A stretch of DNA of 64,000 nucleotides, from positions 91,636,001 to 91,700,000 of the forward strand of contig OZ024746.1 in the NCBI GenBank assembly GCA_964016885.1, read 5' to 3'. The number at the start of each line of letters is the position of its first letter. Position 1 is the first letter of the stretch. The DNA is from Eledone cirrhosa (Eukaryota). The position numbers and the translations under genes are program-made. Positions 12,281 through 24,894 of the stretch are shown piece after piece. The notes beneath the pieces are model-generated. The model was given only the letters and a program-made list of their open reading frames with translations. It searched no databases and was not told the DNA's origin.

Positions 12281-12727
12281 TTGACACAGATATAAGGGAT
12301 CAAAGGAAGAAAATTCTAGACCCAGGTGAATGATTTTGAGACATAAATCCTTATGAAGGGAGTTTATTCAATATGTCTGCCGTACAGTGTCAAACTGATT
12401 TTGATAATGCAGCGACATTTTTTCCATGGTTTTCTTCTCAAGGTTGGAAACATTTTGTGTGAAACAGCAATAGTTGAGGTAATTAATGATTGGTGGAAGA
12501 GGAGGAGATGGGAGGAGGTGGTTGGGGGTGGGCAGAGGAGGGGATGGTGTTGGAAGAGGGGGATGGTGTTGGAGGAGACAGGTTGGACAATAAATTATAA
12601 TTATATCATTCAGAAGTTCAATGCTACGGCAGTAAAATTAACAGAGGAAAAGGATTGACGATATAAATATAAAAATAAATAAAATGATTTTTTTTTTTTT
12701 GGGGGGGGGGGGGATATACTTAAAGAG

Positions 12728-12966
12728 ATAATAATAATAATAATAATAATAATGGTTTCTGATTTAGGCACAAGGCCAGCATTTTGGGGGAGAGGAAAGT
12801 TGATTAAATCGACCCCAGTACATTACTGGTACTTTATTTTATCGACCCCGTAAGGATGAAAGGTAAAGTTAACTTCGGCGGGATGTGAACTCAGAATGTA
12901 AAGGGCCATAACTATGCTAGAAAGCATGGCATCCGACCCTCTACTGATACTGCCAAACCACCACCA
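12728..12966 (-). mobile_element. SINE family A
   Basis: Full head, core and tail match to the family. Confidence 0.85.
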
Positions 12967-13589
12967 TAATAATAATAATAATATTAATAATATAATAACA
13001 ATAATAATGATAATGATAATAAAATGAATAAAAGGCCATGAAATGTTTGACAAAGGTTTGTAATAAGCCAGCTGTATAAAGGATAAGATGTACTGAAGTG
13101 TTAAGTAAAATACAAAAACGAGAAAGAAAATAAAATCAATTTCACAGAACATTCACTAAGACATCTTTTATTCATAATGAATGTCAAAAGAAATTATTCT
13201 AACTAAGCATGACATTTCTCCCAGCTATATTAAAAGCTCAAGTGAAAACCTAAAACTCACAAACATCCTTTATCAATTAGGAATAGTTTCCTTATCAGCT
13301 TTTTTCGGCAGGGAGTTGCCTCCATGAAGAAAAACATAAATAAATACAAAACTTCTATCTTTCTGAAAATATTCTACTTTTGTAGGTTGTTTAAAAAAAA
13401 AAAATAAAGATAAAAAAGGTATAAACAAAAATATGTCTAGTTAAAAGGAGTTGTGTAAAGTGATAAAATGGGTTATGGAAGGCTGCCACTAAACACACCA
13501 GTAATGTTATAACATTATACTACATGTCTTAATGACAAACTCATTAAAGAAAAAACATATTTCGTTATATTGGGGAAAATTTCTTAAAG

Positions 13590-13765
13590 TATGAGGCTGA
13601 AAAGTTCATAAGCTGACCAAGATACTCTCATGGAATGACCAAATGAAGTTTATTTTTCAACATAGTCCCTAGAAAGAAACAATGCAGTTATTAATAAGAG
13701 TTGAAATTAATGCATGCAAAGATTTCACAGCTCTAGCATCACTCGTTCATAGTCAGCCTACCATA
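13590..13765. mobile_element. Mariner-type MITE (copy of 3874-4055)
   Basis: Reverse-complement similarity along its whole length. Confidence 0.65.
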
Positions 13766-14091
13766 GTACTGTTTGTATATCCAACACTGTTTCTATAGTA
13801 ACCTGTTTAGTCCAAGATCAGCACTGATAGAGCTGACTTATGATGAAAAGACACTCCAGTTATGATCATCACATCTATTTCCAAGGCATATGAGCACATT
13901 ATCTAACAAATGTTACCATGTTTTCTAAAACAGCATGGCATGATTTGAGAGAATGTGGGAACTATTTCTAGCAAGGTAAGTGACCACTGTAGTGGTTCTT
14001 AACCTGGGTGTGGGATTCAGTTCTGGGTGGGGGGTGGGGGTGGGGGGCAGAGAATATCAAGAAAAGAAGTGATATTAAAGATTAAAATACT

Positions 14092-14391
14092 TTAACACTT
14101 TAGCATTCACATTACTCTATATATACTATTGTATTTTCATGGTAAAGGCTTTACCTCACATAATATCTCAAATAACATTCACATTACTCTATATATACTA
14201 TTGTATTTTCATGGTAAAGGCTTTACCTCACATAATTATCTCACATAATATCGAATCTATGAGATTTTGAAAGTATTTATTTTGAGAACAATACCTTAAC
14301 ATCAGTTTGAGCGACCAGTTACAGCCAGTTTCAACAGAAAGAGGTAGAGAATTCTGGCCGGTTTTGGCCGGTTTGAACACTAAAGGGTTAA
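14092..14391. mobile_element. piggyBac-like MITE with an internal 72-bp duplication
   Basis: TTAA flanks; segment CATTCACATTACTCTATA...CTCACATAATATCTCA present twice. Confidence 0.8.
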
Positions 14392-14774
14392 TATTTTAAA
14401 CGGTGGCATCATCAGTTACTTTCCCCTTTGCTGAAGTATATGACGTTAGTCACTACCTTTAAATTCATAAAAGGGCTTCTAAATGATTTTAAATAAACAC
14501 AGTATATTGTTAAACATAGAATATATACATTTTAATTGGATATTTTCTGTTATTTTCACCAATTTCTATTTATTAATTATAGTAATTAATTAATTTAATT
14601 GTATAGCTGATAATTTGACATGAAAAGTTGTTTTGTATTATGTGCTAGGCCTAGCAGTGGGGAATGGAGTTTCCCAATCTCAAGGGGTCCCACGATACAA
14701 TAAGGTTAAGGGCTCTCCCAGTAGTTGAAACTTTGGGATGAAATATTGAAATGAGAAGCTGTCAAAAATATATC

Positions 14775-15435
14775 TTCACATCAAACAACAGCTTTACAAC
14801 AAACACAACAGCATCACATCAAAAACAACAGCTTCACATCAAACAACAGCATTACAACAAACACAACAGCATCACATCAAACACAACAGTGTCACATCAA
14901 ACACAACAGTGTCACATCAAACACAACAGCTTCACATCAAACAACAGCATCACATCAAACACAACAGTGTCACATCAAACACAACAGCTTCACATCAAAC
15001 AACAGCTTCACATCAAACAACAGCATCACATCAAACACAACAGTGTCACATCAAAAACAACAGCTTCACATCAAACAACAGCACTACAACAAACACAACA
15101 GCATCACATCAAACACAACAGTGTCACATCAAAAACAACAGCTTCACATCAAACAACTTCACATCAAACAACAGCTTCACATCAAACAACAGCATCACAA
15201 CAAACACAACAGCATCACAACAAACACAACAGCGTCACATCAAACACAACAGCGTCACATCAAACACAACAGCATCACATCAAACACAACAGCATCACAT
15301 CAAACACAACAGCATCACATCAAACACAACAGCATCACATCAAACAACAGCATCACAACAAACAACAGCATCACAACAAACAACAGCATCACAACAAACA
15401 ACAGCATCACATCAAACACAACAGCTTCACAACAC
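14775..15435. repeat. 17-19-bp CA-rich minisatellite
   Basis: Units such as CACATCAAACACAACAGCAT with variants. Confidence 0.95.
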
Positions 15436-15503
15436 AAAAGATAAAGTTTCAACCCAACTGAAAAAAAATGAGATGAAAAAGAAAGGATGAAAACCATTGG
15501 ATG

Positions 15504-15618
15504 AATACCAGTGGTACCAGTAATACCAGTATTACCAGTAATACCAGTGGTACCAGTGATACCAGTAATACCAGTATTACCAGTGATACCAGTGGCACCA
15601 CTGATACCAGTAATACCA
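15504..15618. repeat. 9-bp tandem repeat (ATACCAGTA and variants)
   Basis: About 12 units visible. Confidence 0.9.
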
Positions 15619-15688
15619 TGACAGAATATATCTCTCGGAAATATCGATTGAATTAGGTAACATTTCACTATTAAGTGTCCCTTGTAAA

Positions 15689-17770
15689 GCTGGTATCAGG
15701 CCCAGATCACATGTGAAATGTAGGTCCTCACCCACCAAACTGGTATCAGGCCCAGATCACATGTGAAATGTATGTCCTCACCCACCAAACTGGTATCAGA
15801 CCCAGATCACATGTGAAATGTAGGTCCTCACCCACCAAACTGGTATCAGACCCAGATCACATGTGAAATGTATGTCCTCACCCACCAAACTGGTATCAGG
15901 CCCAGATCACATGTGAAATGTATGTCCTCACCTACCAAGCTGGTATCAGACCCAGATCACATGTGAAATGTATGTCCTCGCCCACCAAACTGGTATCAGG
16001 CCCAGATCACATGTGAAATGTATGTCCTCACCCACCAAACTGGTATCAGGCCCAGATCACATGTGAAATGTATGTCCTCACCCACCAAACTGGTATCAGG
16101 CCCAGATCACATGTGAAATGTATGTCCTCACCTACCAAACTGGTATCAGGCCCAGATCACATGTGAAATGTATGTCCTCACCCCCCAAACTGGTATCAGG
16201 GCCAGATCACATGTCATATATTGGTCGTCACCCACCAAGCTGGTATCAGACCCAGATCACATGTGAAATGTATGTCCTCACCCACCAAACTAGTATCAGA
16301 CCCAGATCACATGTGAAATGTATGCCCTCACCCACCAAACTGGTATCAGGCCCAGATCACATGTGAAATGTATGTCCTCACCTACCAAACTGGTATCAGG
16401 CCCAGATCACATGTGAAATGTATGTCCTCACCCACCAAACTGGTATCAGGGCCAGATCACATGTCATATATTGGTCGTCACCCACCAAACTGGTATCAGG
16501 CCCAGATCACATGTGAAATGTATGTCCTCACCCACCAAACTGGTATCAGGGCCAGATCACATGTCATATATTGGTCGTCACCCACCAAACTGGTATCAGG
16601 CCCAGATCACATGTGAAATGTATGTCCTCACCCACCAAACTGGTATCAGGGCCAGATCACATGTCATATATTGGTCGTCACCCACCAAACTGGTATCAGG
16701 CCCAGATCACATGTGAAATGTATGTCCTCACCCACCAAACTGGTATCAGGCCCAGATCACATGTGAAATGTATGTCCTCACCCACCAAACTGGTATCAGG
16801 CCCAGATCACATGTGAAATGTATGTCCTCACCCACCAAACTGGTATCAGACCCAGATCACATGTGAAATGTATGTCCTCACCCACCAAACTGGTATCAGG
16901 CCCAGATCACATGTGAAATGTATGTCCTCACCCACCAAACTGGTATCAGACCCAGATCACATGTGAAATGTATGTCCTCACCCACCAAACTGGTATCAGA
17001 CCCAGATCACATGTGAAATGTATGTCCTCACCCACCAAACTGGTATCAGACCCAGATCACATGTGAAATGTATGTCCTCACCCACCAAACTGGTATCAGA
17101 CCCAGATCACATGTTAAATGTATGTCCTCACCCACCAAACTGGTATCAGACCCAGATCACATGTGAAATGTATGTCCTCACCCACCAAACTGGTATCAGA
17201 CCCAGATCACATGTGAAATGTATGTCCTCACCCACCAAACTGGTATCAGACCCAGATCACATGTGAAATGTATGTCCTCACCCACCAAACTGGTATCAGA
17301 CCCAGATCACATGTGAAATGTATGTCCTCACCCACCAAACTGGTATCAGGCCCAGATCACATGTGAAATGTATGTCCTCACCCACCAAACTGGTATCAGG
17401 CCCAGATCACATGTGAAATGTATGTCCTCACCCACCAAACTGGTATCAGGCCCAGATCACATGTCATATATTGGTCGTCACCCACCAAACTGGTATCAGG
17501 CCCAGATCACATGTGAAATGTATGTCCTCACCCACCAAACTGGTATCAGACCCAGATCACATGTGAAATGTAGGTCCTCACCCCCCAAACTCGTATCAGG
17601 CCCAGATCACATGTGAAATGTATGTCCTCACCCACCAAACTGGTATCAGACCCAGATCACATGTGAAATGTAGGTCCTCACCCACCAAACTGGTATCAGG
17701 CCCAGATCACATGTGAAATGAATGTCCTCACCCACCAAACTGGTAATAAACCCAAGCCAGATGTGAAATT
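15689..17770. repeat. 50-bp minisatellite, ~41 copies
   Basis: Unit TGGTATCAGGCCCAGATCACATGTGAAATGTATGTCCTCACCCACCAAAC. Confidence 0.97.
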
Positions 17771-18059
17771 TAGGCCACATTTCTAACTGCTCAGAAAGTA
17801 TTCTAGTAATTAATGCTAAATACATACAACTTCAAATCTCAATGTGCTGTACCACACAAAGCCACATTTTCAAGATATTCTTGCAAAGTATAAAACAACA
17901 CTAGATTCTATCACATTCAAAGTCTTTACTCTAATTTTGATAATAGCGCACCTGCTCCTTTTCTGGTCTCTAACAGTAATTTACCTGATTTTCTCAACTA
18001 TTGTTATAGCGTTCAACTGTTGTTACAGTTATTTTCTGTGTTTAGAACACATACACACA

Positions 18060-19270
18060 CATCATCATCATCATCGTTTAACGTCCCTGTTCCACGCTTG
18101 CATGGGTTTGGACGGGGGTTTTCCCACTTGAGGCAAGAGTGGTTGTCTTGCTCGCATAGGACTGTCTGGCGGGTTTTCTACAGCTGGATGCCCTTCCTAA
18201 CACCAACCACATTTACAGTGTGGGGCTGGGAGGTTTTTACCGTGTTGCCTACACGGTCACATTACAGCATGGACTGTGTGTTTTTTTGTCGTGACACCTA
18301 CACGATCTCGTTTGTTTTGGCCTGGATGTTGTGGCACCAACATAACTTTGCATTGAAGGGGGCGGTGTGGATGGGGTGGGACGGGGGTGTATTTTGTTAG
18401 AGAAGCCTACTGACTAGTAGCTTTTACTTTGTATTTAGGTAAGGCGGGTCTTCTCTGTTACTGAGTACCGCCAAAGGTCTCGGTCTAGTGACATTGTCTT
18501 GGAGAGGTGTAAGTATGTGAGGTCGGAATTTATCAGCTCGTCCCAGGTTTTCCTGGGTCTGCCTACTCCGTGGCTACCATCTATCTTTATTGCCCTGCAC
18601 TTTGTTATACAGCTGTCGTCTTTCATGCGCATCACGTGACCATACCAACGTAGCCTTCTCTCGAGTAAACAACATCTGATCCCTCTTATTTCTAATTTTT
18701 TCCTTAGTTCGTTTATGCTTTGCCGTTCACGTATATTACTATTACACATCCAGCGGAGCATGCAAGCTTCGTTCCTCTCTAGTCTGCGTATATCCTCTGC
18801 ACACAATGCCCAGGTCTCACTGCCATGCAACATTGCTGTTCGTATGCAGGCATCATACAACCTGCCTTTCATTTTTAGGGAGAACCCTTTAGCAGCTAAT
18901 AGTGGTATAAGCTCTCTGAACTTTTTCCATCCAGTTCTGACTCTAGCTACTGTACTTTCAGAGCACCCTCCCCCACTTCTGATTTTGTCACCCAGGTAAC
19001 GGAAGCTGTCCACTATTTCTATAGAACCCTCTGCGCAATTGAAAGAGTTAGTATTTTGTGGGCACTTGCTGCTACTTATTGCACCAGAGCACCGGCCACA
19101 TGTAAAATCTGTGTTCTTAGTTAGCTTACCTGTGATCCCACTACATCTTTTATGCACCCATACTTTGCATTTGGGACATAAAATGGAGTATCTACCTACA
19201 CCTTTCCTACACACTGAGCATGACCATTTCCCGGAGGGGACCGGCGCCTTATTTTCTTTCCTACAAACTA
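18060..19270 (-). mobile_element. 5'-truncated RTE-clade LINE (PHD-like finger, C-terminal domain, 3' UTR)
   Basis: ORF 18435-19214 has FRYLG, MLHGSETW, RRLRWYGHV and GRPRKTW; (CAT)n tail at 18060. Confidence 0.92.
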
Positions 19271-19284
19271 GATATATATATATA

Positions 19285-19772
19285 TATTGTTATACTTGGG
19301 AAGGGTTATATTGTTGTAATAATATTGCCAGAATTAATAACAGAACACACTCACTGTTTGGTTGGTTTTCGCTTCTGTATCTTTTATATCAGTTAATTCA
19401 TTTGGTCCTCAATGTTTATCATTGACTGACCAACAGTCAAAAATACAGATATAATATAAATATAAACACATATATATAGTCTAACAAAGTTCTTTCATTG
19501 CACATCTGCAACATCATCAGTGGTACTATTATGTTCCTCCTGTTGTATTGTGTGTCTACACCATCTTTATTTTATCTGTTTATTTATTTATTCATTTTTG
19601 TCTTCTTCTCTGCACATGTGGAGGTATAAAAGATACAGAAGCGAAAACCAACCAAACAGTGAGTGTGTTCTATTATTATATTCTGGCAATATTATTACAA
19701 CAATATGACACTCCCCAAGTATAACAATATTTGTTTCGACACCCGATTTGATATCAAAAACCTTGCAAAACA
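19285..19772. mobile_element. Penelope-like pseudo-LTR with partial inverted copy
   Basis: 19285-19600 matches 1517-1830; 19620-19731 is the reverse complement of 19285-19390; (TA)n flanks. Confidence 0.75.
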
Positions 19773-20467
19773 AATATATATATATATACACACAGCAATC
19801 CCCCGCTATATCATGGTTTATCACGGTACATACATCTGAATATAAAGTGTTTAAAATTTAAACTTAGTAAACAAGTTTCAATCTGATTGAAGTGTATATT
19901 GTAAGGAAGGAACATCTTAAGGGTTTAATTATGAAAAAAATGATTTTATTTTTCATTCCATTACTGATTTACTGATTTTGTTTTTCTCTAATCTACTACA
20001 AACCCTTCATAGATTGACGGGAGATGTTCAGTGTATTGCCAAGTGGTTACCGTGGCTGGCAATGGTCCTCATTGGTAACTAGTGGTACGATGGTTGGTGG
20101 TAGTTTCTATACGATCATTACTGACTGTTTTTGGTGTTTAAATACAAAAGTGTGTTTTAATAAGTTTATATGTACTTAAAGCATGTAAGAGAGGTATTTT
20201 AAGGCTTAAACTATGAAAACAACGGTTGTCTTTGTGGTCTCTCTATATCGCAGATTTTCATTTATCGTAGTTGCTTCTGGAACTTATCCCCATGATAAAC
20301 GGCTATTTCTGGATTCCATCCAGAAATAGCCGTCGAAACGGCTTGAGCCCTGCCATCAGGGTCCTGAACATTTTCCTAGGATCTAATAGTCTTCTTAGAT
20401 CCTTTGAAGTGAAAGATACAAATTTTCCTGGATACCTGCAGATGAGCACAGGAATTCTGACTTTCAC

Positions 20468-22187
20468 CTAATAATTGCTACAAAGGTAAAGGTGATGCAC
20501 TAGATAGAGGAAACTATAGAGGTATAAAGCTGATGGACCAGGTCATGAAAGTAACAGAAAGAGTTATAGCACAGTTGATTAGGGACCGGGTGAAACTAGA
20601 TGAGATGCAATTTGGGTTTGTACCAGGAAGAGACACCACTGATGCCCTCTTCCTTGTGAGGCAGTTACAGGAAAAGTACCTAGCTAAAAGTAAGCCACTC
20701 TACCTGGCATTCGTCGATCTCGAGAAAGCCTTTGACAGAGTTCCACGTGCTGTAATCTGGTGGGCTCTTAGAAAACTAGGAGTAGATGAATGGCTTGTGA
20801 AAGCTGTACAAGCCATGTATAGGGGAGCAGTCAGCAAAGTTAGGATTAGCAATGAGTATAGCGAGGAATTTAGCGTACAGGTTGGTGTCCACCAGGGCTC
20901 TGTTCTTAGCCCTCTCCTGTTCATCATAGTCCTGCAGGCAATAACAGAGGAGTTTAAGACCGGATGCCCATGGGAACTCCTGTATGCTGATGACCTCACA
21001 CTTATAGCTGAATCTATGGTAGAACTAGAGAAGAAATTCCAAACTTGGAAGCAGGGACTAGAAAGAAAGGGTCTCAAAGTCAACATGACAAAGACTAAGG
21101 TCCTTGTAAGTAAACGAGAAAACAGAACCCAGATCCCCTCAGGGAAATGGCCTTGCTCAGTATGTAGGAAAGGTGTAGGTAGGAACTCCATTCTCTGCCC
21201 CAAATGCAAACAATGGGTACACAAGAGATGTAGCGGGATCTCAGGAAGCTTAATTAAGAATGTAGGCTTCACAGCCACAAGAAACAAGTACCACCAATCT
21301 CTGGGAGGGCTCTGTAGAAACAGTAGACAGCTTCTGCTACCTAGGTGACCGAAAGTACAATAACTAGGGTAAGAACGGGATGGAAGAAGTTCAGGGAACT
21401 ACTGCCACTGCTAGCTGCAAAAGGCTTCTCCCTCAAAATGAAAGGCAGACTGTATGATGCGTGTATCCGAACATCAATGTTACATGGTAGTGAGACCTGG
21501 GCGCTGAAGGTGGAAGACTTACGTAGATTAGAAAGAAACGAAGCCTGCATGCTCCGATGGATGTGTAATAGTAATATACGCGAACGACAAAGCATAAATT
21601 AATTGAGAGAGAGACTGAGCATAAGAGGAATCAAATGCTGTGTGCAGGAGAGGCGGTTGCGTTGGTATGGACATGTGATGCTTATGAAGGATGGCAGCTG
21701 CATAAAAAGGTGCAGAGTACTAGAAGTCAATGAAAACCGCGGAGTGGGGAAACCCAAGAAGACCTGGGATGAGGTGATAAAAGCCAACCTTACCCAATTA
21801 CACCTCTCAAAGGCGATGACACATGACCGTGACCTCTGGCGTCACGCAGTAATACAGAGTACCCGACCTCCCATGGGTACAAGCTGAAGCATATAGACAA
21901 TATGCACCCACACCCTCCCACTGCAAGGTGGTCGTGGAGGTGCCACGGCAAAAAAACACCCAGCCCAAACTGTAAAGTGGACGTGTAGGCGCCATGGAAA
22001 AAGCACCCAGCACTCACTGTAAATGAGGTTGGTGTTAGGAAGGGCATCCAGCTGTAGAAATCAAGCCAAAATCAGTTCCTGTATGAGCAAGGCATGGTCA
22101 GCCGACCAGACACTGCCCACAACAGGACAACCCGTCTAACCCATGCTAGCATGGAAGAACGGACGTAAAACGGTGATGATGATGATG
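20468..22187 (+). mobile_element. 5'-truncated RTE-clade LINE with reverse transcriptase, disrupted
   Basis: YKGKGD..NYRGIKL, QFGF, FVDLEKAFDRVP, GVHQGSVLSPLLF, LYADD; deletions, frameshifts and a stop near 21270-21600; 3' UTR and (GAT)n tail. Confidence 0.95.
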
Positions 22188-22499
22188 AATTCTTGCGAAA
22201 CAGATTTTGGGTCTGTCCGGGTATCAAAGGCTATTGCCCGATATAGGTTTGTTATTTTTATTGATTTATTACTTTAAATCGAGTCAGGCAAACCATATTC
22301 ATTTAAATTAGTATTTTTTCAACCTAGCTAACTCGGTCATTTGCAGTTGGAACACATGTATACTTGTATCTGTGTTCACCCCTCTCATATATCCAATTAT
22401 ATATATGTATATTAAAGAGTTAAACAAGATTCAATGAGTACATCAAAGAATGAGTTTTACAGTAGATTGGAAGCACTCTGCTATAAAATATTTTCCAGA

Positions 22500-22740
22500 G
22501 TTATTAATATTAAAATACAAATATTAATAAAATAAATGTTCTTGTGATCAATTAAATTTTAATATACATATTTCAGAGGTACAACAGTACGTCCTCATCA
22601 GATAAAATAAAATGATACATGACATACCCTGAGATGTTAAATGGTTAAGATTTAATTGTACCTCTGAAATATGTATAATAAAATTTAATTGATCACAAGA
22701 ACATCTATTTTATTAATATTTGTATTTTAATTTTAATATA
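22500..22740. mobile_element. Fold-back PLE-type relic
   Basis: ~22503-22584 is inverted at ~22656-22738; hammerhead on the minus strand. Confidence 0.65.
22557..22607 (-). ncRNA. Type I hammerhead ribozyme motif
   Basis: UUUUAU-CUGAUGA-GG..GUAC UGUU GUAC..CU-GAAA-UAUGUAUA-UUAAAA (stem I has one mismatch). Confidence 0.65.
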
Positions 22741-23276
22741 TATGTATATATATAAATATAAGTATGAAATTTCGTTTCATTTTTTCCGTGTATATATATA
22801 TATATATATATTTATATGAAAAACAAGGGGAAGAAGAACACTGCATGGTTGCACATGGATTACATATTATAAAATTAGTCCCTCATCAGTGATTTTGCCA
22901 ACCATCATTGGTATTTCATCGCATTAAAAATCAGATACCTCAGGTTGGTGCGAGCAATAACTAAAATAAGCTATTGGGACAAGTGAAACGCGTAAAGCGA
23001 GTGAGACAAGTAAACAACAGAAGGAAAAGCAAACCGAAGGTTGGAAAACAGCAAGCCACATGTTAGTTATCCGATCAGCATAAGCTGGGTGAATTTCATG
23101 AGCGGTCAGAGAAGTAGACCGTACGCCGTGAGTGCGGTATGAGAAAGAACCCCACTAGTAGCGAACGGGAGAAGGTGAGAAGGGGAGAAACAGAGAGTGA
23201 GTGAGTGGAAGTGCGGGAAAGAGATCAGTCGAGAGAAAAAGTGTAACTGACAGAGAGGGTGAATATATATATATAT

Positions 23277-23622
23277 GGAGGCACATGGCTTAGTGGTTAG
23301 AGCATTGGCCTTGCAATCGAAAGGTTGTGAGTTCAATTCTCAGACCGGGTGATGTGTTGTTTCCTTGAGCAAGACACTTTATTTCACATTGCTCCAGTTT
23401 ACTCAGCTGTAGAAATGAGATGATAGGGACTGGGGCCTATATCATACCACTGCAAAGTGGTTGTGGAGGTGCCACAGCAAAAAAGCACCCAGCACTCACT
23501 GTAAATGAGGTTGGTGTTAGGAAGGGCATCCAGCTGTAGAAATCAAGCCAGCATCAGTTCCCGTCCCACCCTTGCAAGCGGGGAAAAAAGCGGACGTAAA
23601 ATGAAATGATGATGATGATGAT
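23277..23622 (+). mobile_element. CORE-type SINE with tRNA head and RTE-derived tail
   Basis: A box TGGCTTAGTGG, B box GAGTTCAATTC, CORE-like segment, 3' part matching the RTE 3' UTR at 21920-22187, (GAT)n tail. Confidence 0.88.
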
Positions 23623-24122
23623 GTATATATACATATATATGTCGTTGAAACGGCTTGAGCTCTGTCGTCGGGGTCCTGAATCTTTTCCTATATATAATAT
23701 ATATATATTAGTTATACTTTGGGAGTGTCATGCTGTTAATAAATACTACATGTACCTGTTGGTTTTCACTTCAATTTATTATAAACTCCCAGTCAGTTAG
23801 TTTAAAAACCGGTTGTTTATTTATTTGTTGATTATCAAAGCTCTTTCGTCACATTCTGTAACCTCCTCAGTGACTACCTTTGTTATTTTGTATCTCTCCT
23901 TTCTTCTGTCCTACACCATCTTGTTTCTGTGAACTCACAAAATAACAAAAGAACGATCCTCTTAGAAATAAGTGGACAAAGAAAATTTGTGTCTATGTAA
24001 TTAGTGAATGAAGCTGGCGCATTACTGCACCAGCTCCTGCAATTCTTGCACATAATTCCACTTCCTCTGCCTGACATCTCAAATCAAGCATGCAAATTCA
24101 AATTCATTATTTGTGAAAAACC

Positions 24123-24314
24123 GGCGGTGGATTGGCAGTATCGGTAGAGGATCGGACGCCATGCTTTGCAGCATAGAGTTACGGCCCTTGCCATTCTGAG
24201 TTCAAATCCCGCCGAGGTTAACTTTGCTTTTCATCCTTACGGGGTCGATCAAATAAAGTACCAGTAATGCACTGGGATAATTGCTGGCCTTGTGCCAAAA
24301 GTAGAAACAATTAT
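24123..24314 (+). mobile_element. SINE family A
   Basis: Full-length family match. Confidence 0.85.
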
Positions 24315-24334
24315 TTGTGAAAACCCGTGTGTCT

Positions 24335-24475
24335 ACAGGTAAAACCAACCACCAGGAAACAAAGGGGTAGACCCCGATGATTAAATAATTCATGGGGGCT
24401 TGACTGGTCTCAGGGATCCAGTTGGAGACGGTTGCTTGTGACAGGACTTGAGTGTTTGAGGACCCCTCTCGGGAA
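24335..24475 (+). mobile_element. Degenerate LINE 3'-end relic
   Basis: Similar to 28090-28260 (+) and 46195-46380 (-); these copies read like KRPRGR..HQLGWSHLG, a LINE C-terminus. Confidence 0.45.
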
Positions 24476-24589
24476 GAAGAAGGAGTGGGGTGGGGATTGG
24501 TAATTAGTTTAAAAAGGTAATTATAAGGAGTGGGGTGGATAGTGATGTGATAATATCTGATATTGAAACTGGAAAAATAAACTAGAATA

Positions 24590-24894
24590 TGTTTGTGTGT
24601 GTGTGTGTATGTTTGTGTATGTGTGTGTATATTTGTATTTGTGTATGCGTGTGTGTATGTGTATATGTCATGTATGTGTATATATGTATGCATGTGTATA
24701 TATATATGTGTGTGTGTTTATGTATATACTATGTATGTGTATATATTTAGTATGTGTATATATGTATGTGTATATATGTGTGTGTATATATGTGTGTGTA
24801 TGTTTATATATATATATATGTATGTATGTGTATATATATGTGTATATATGTATGTGTGTATATATGTATGTATGTGTATATATGTATTTATGTC
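24590..24894. repeat. TG/TA compound microsatellite
   Basis: Low-complexity tract. Confidence 0.95.

Noticed and set aside
14751-15490. Gln/His/Thr-rich ORFs
   Set aside because: Open in all three frames of a CA-rich minisatellite; artefact
15689-17770. CRISPR-like array (also considered for the 11.6, 41, 45, 56 and 58 kb arrays)
   Set aside because: No unique spacers, no cas genes, eukaryotic context
17838-17938. snoRNA interpretation of the orphan inverted pair
   Set aside because: No canonical C/D box pair or convincing H/ACA two-hairpin fold seen
22879-22892. CTGATGAG on the minus strand (also CTGATGA near 28964 and 43739 on plus)
   Set aside because: No suitably placed stem II plus GAAA; not called as hammerheads
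23277-23350. tRNA-Cys(GCA)-like gene (also 10955-11027 and 47196-47268)
   Set aside because: Acceptor stem does not close and the sequence runs on into a SINE body; it is a SINE head
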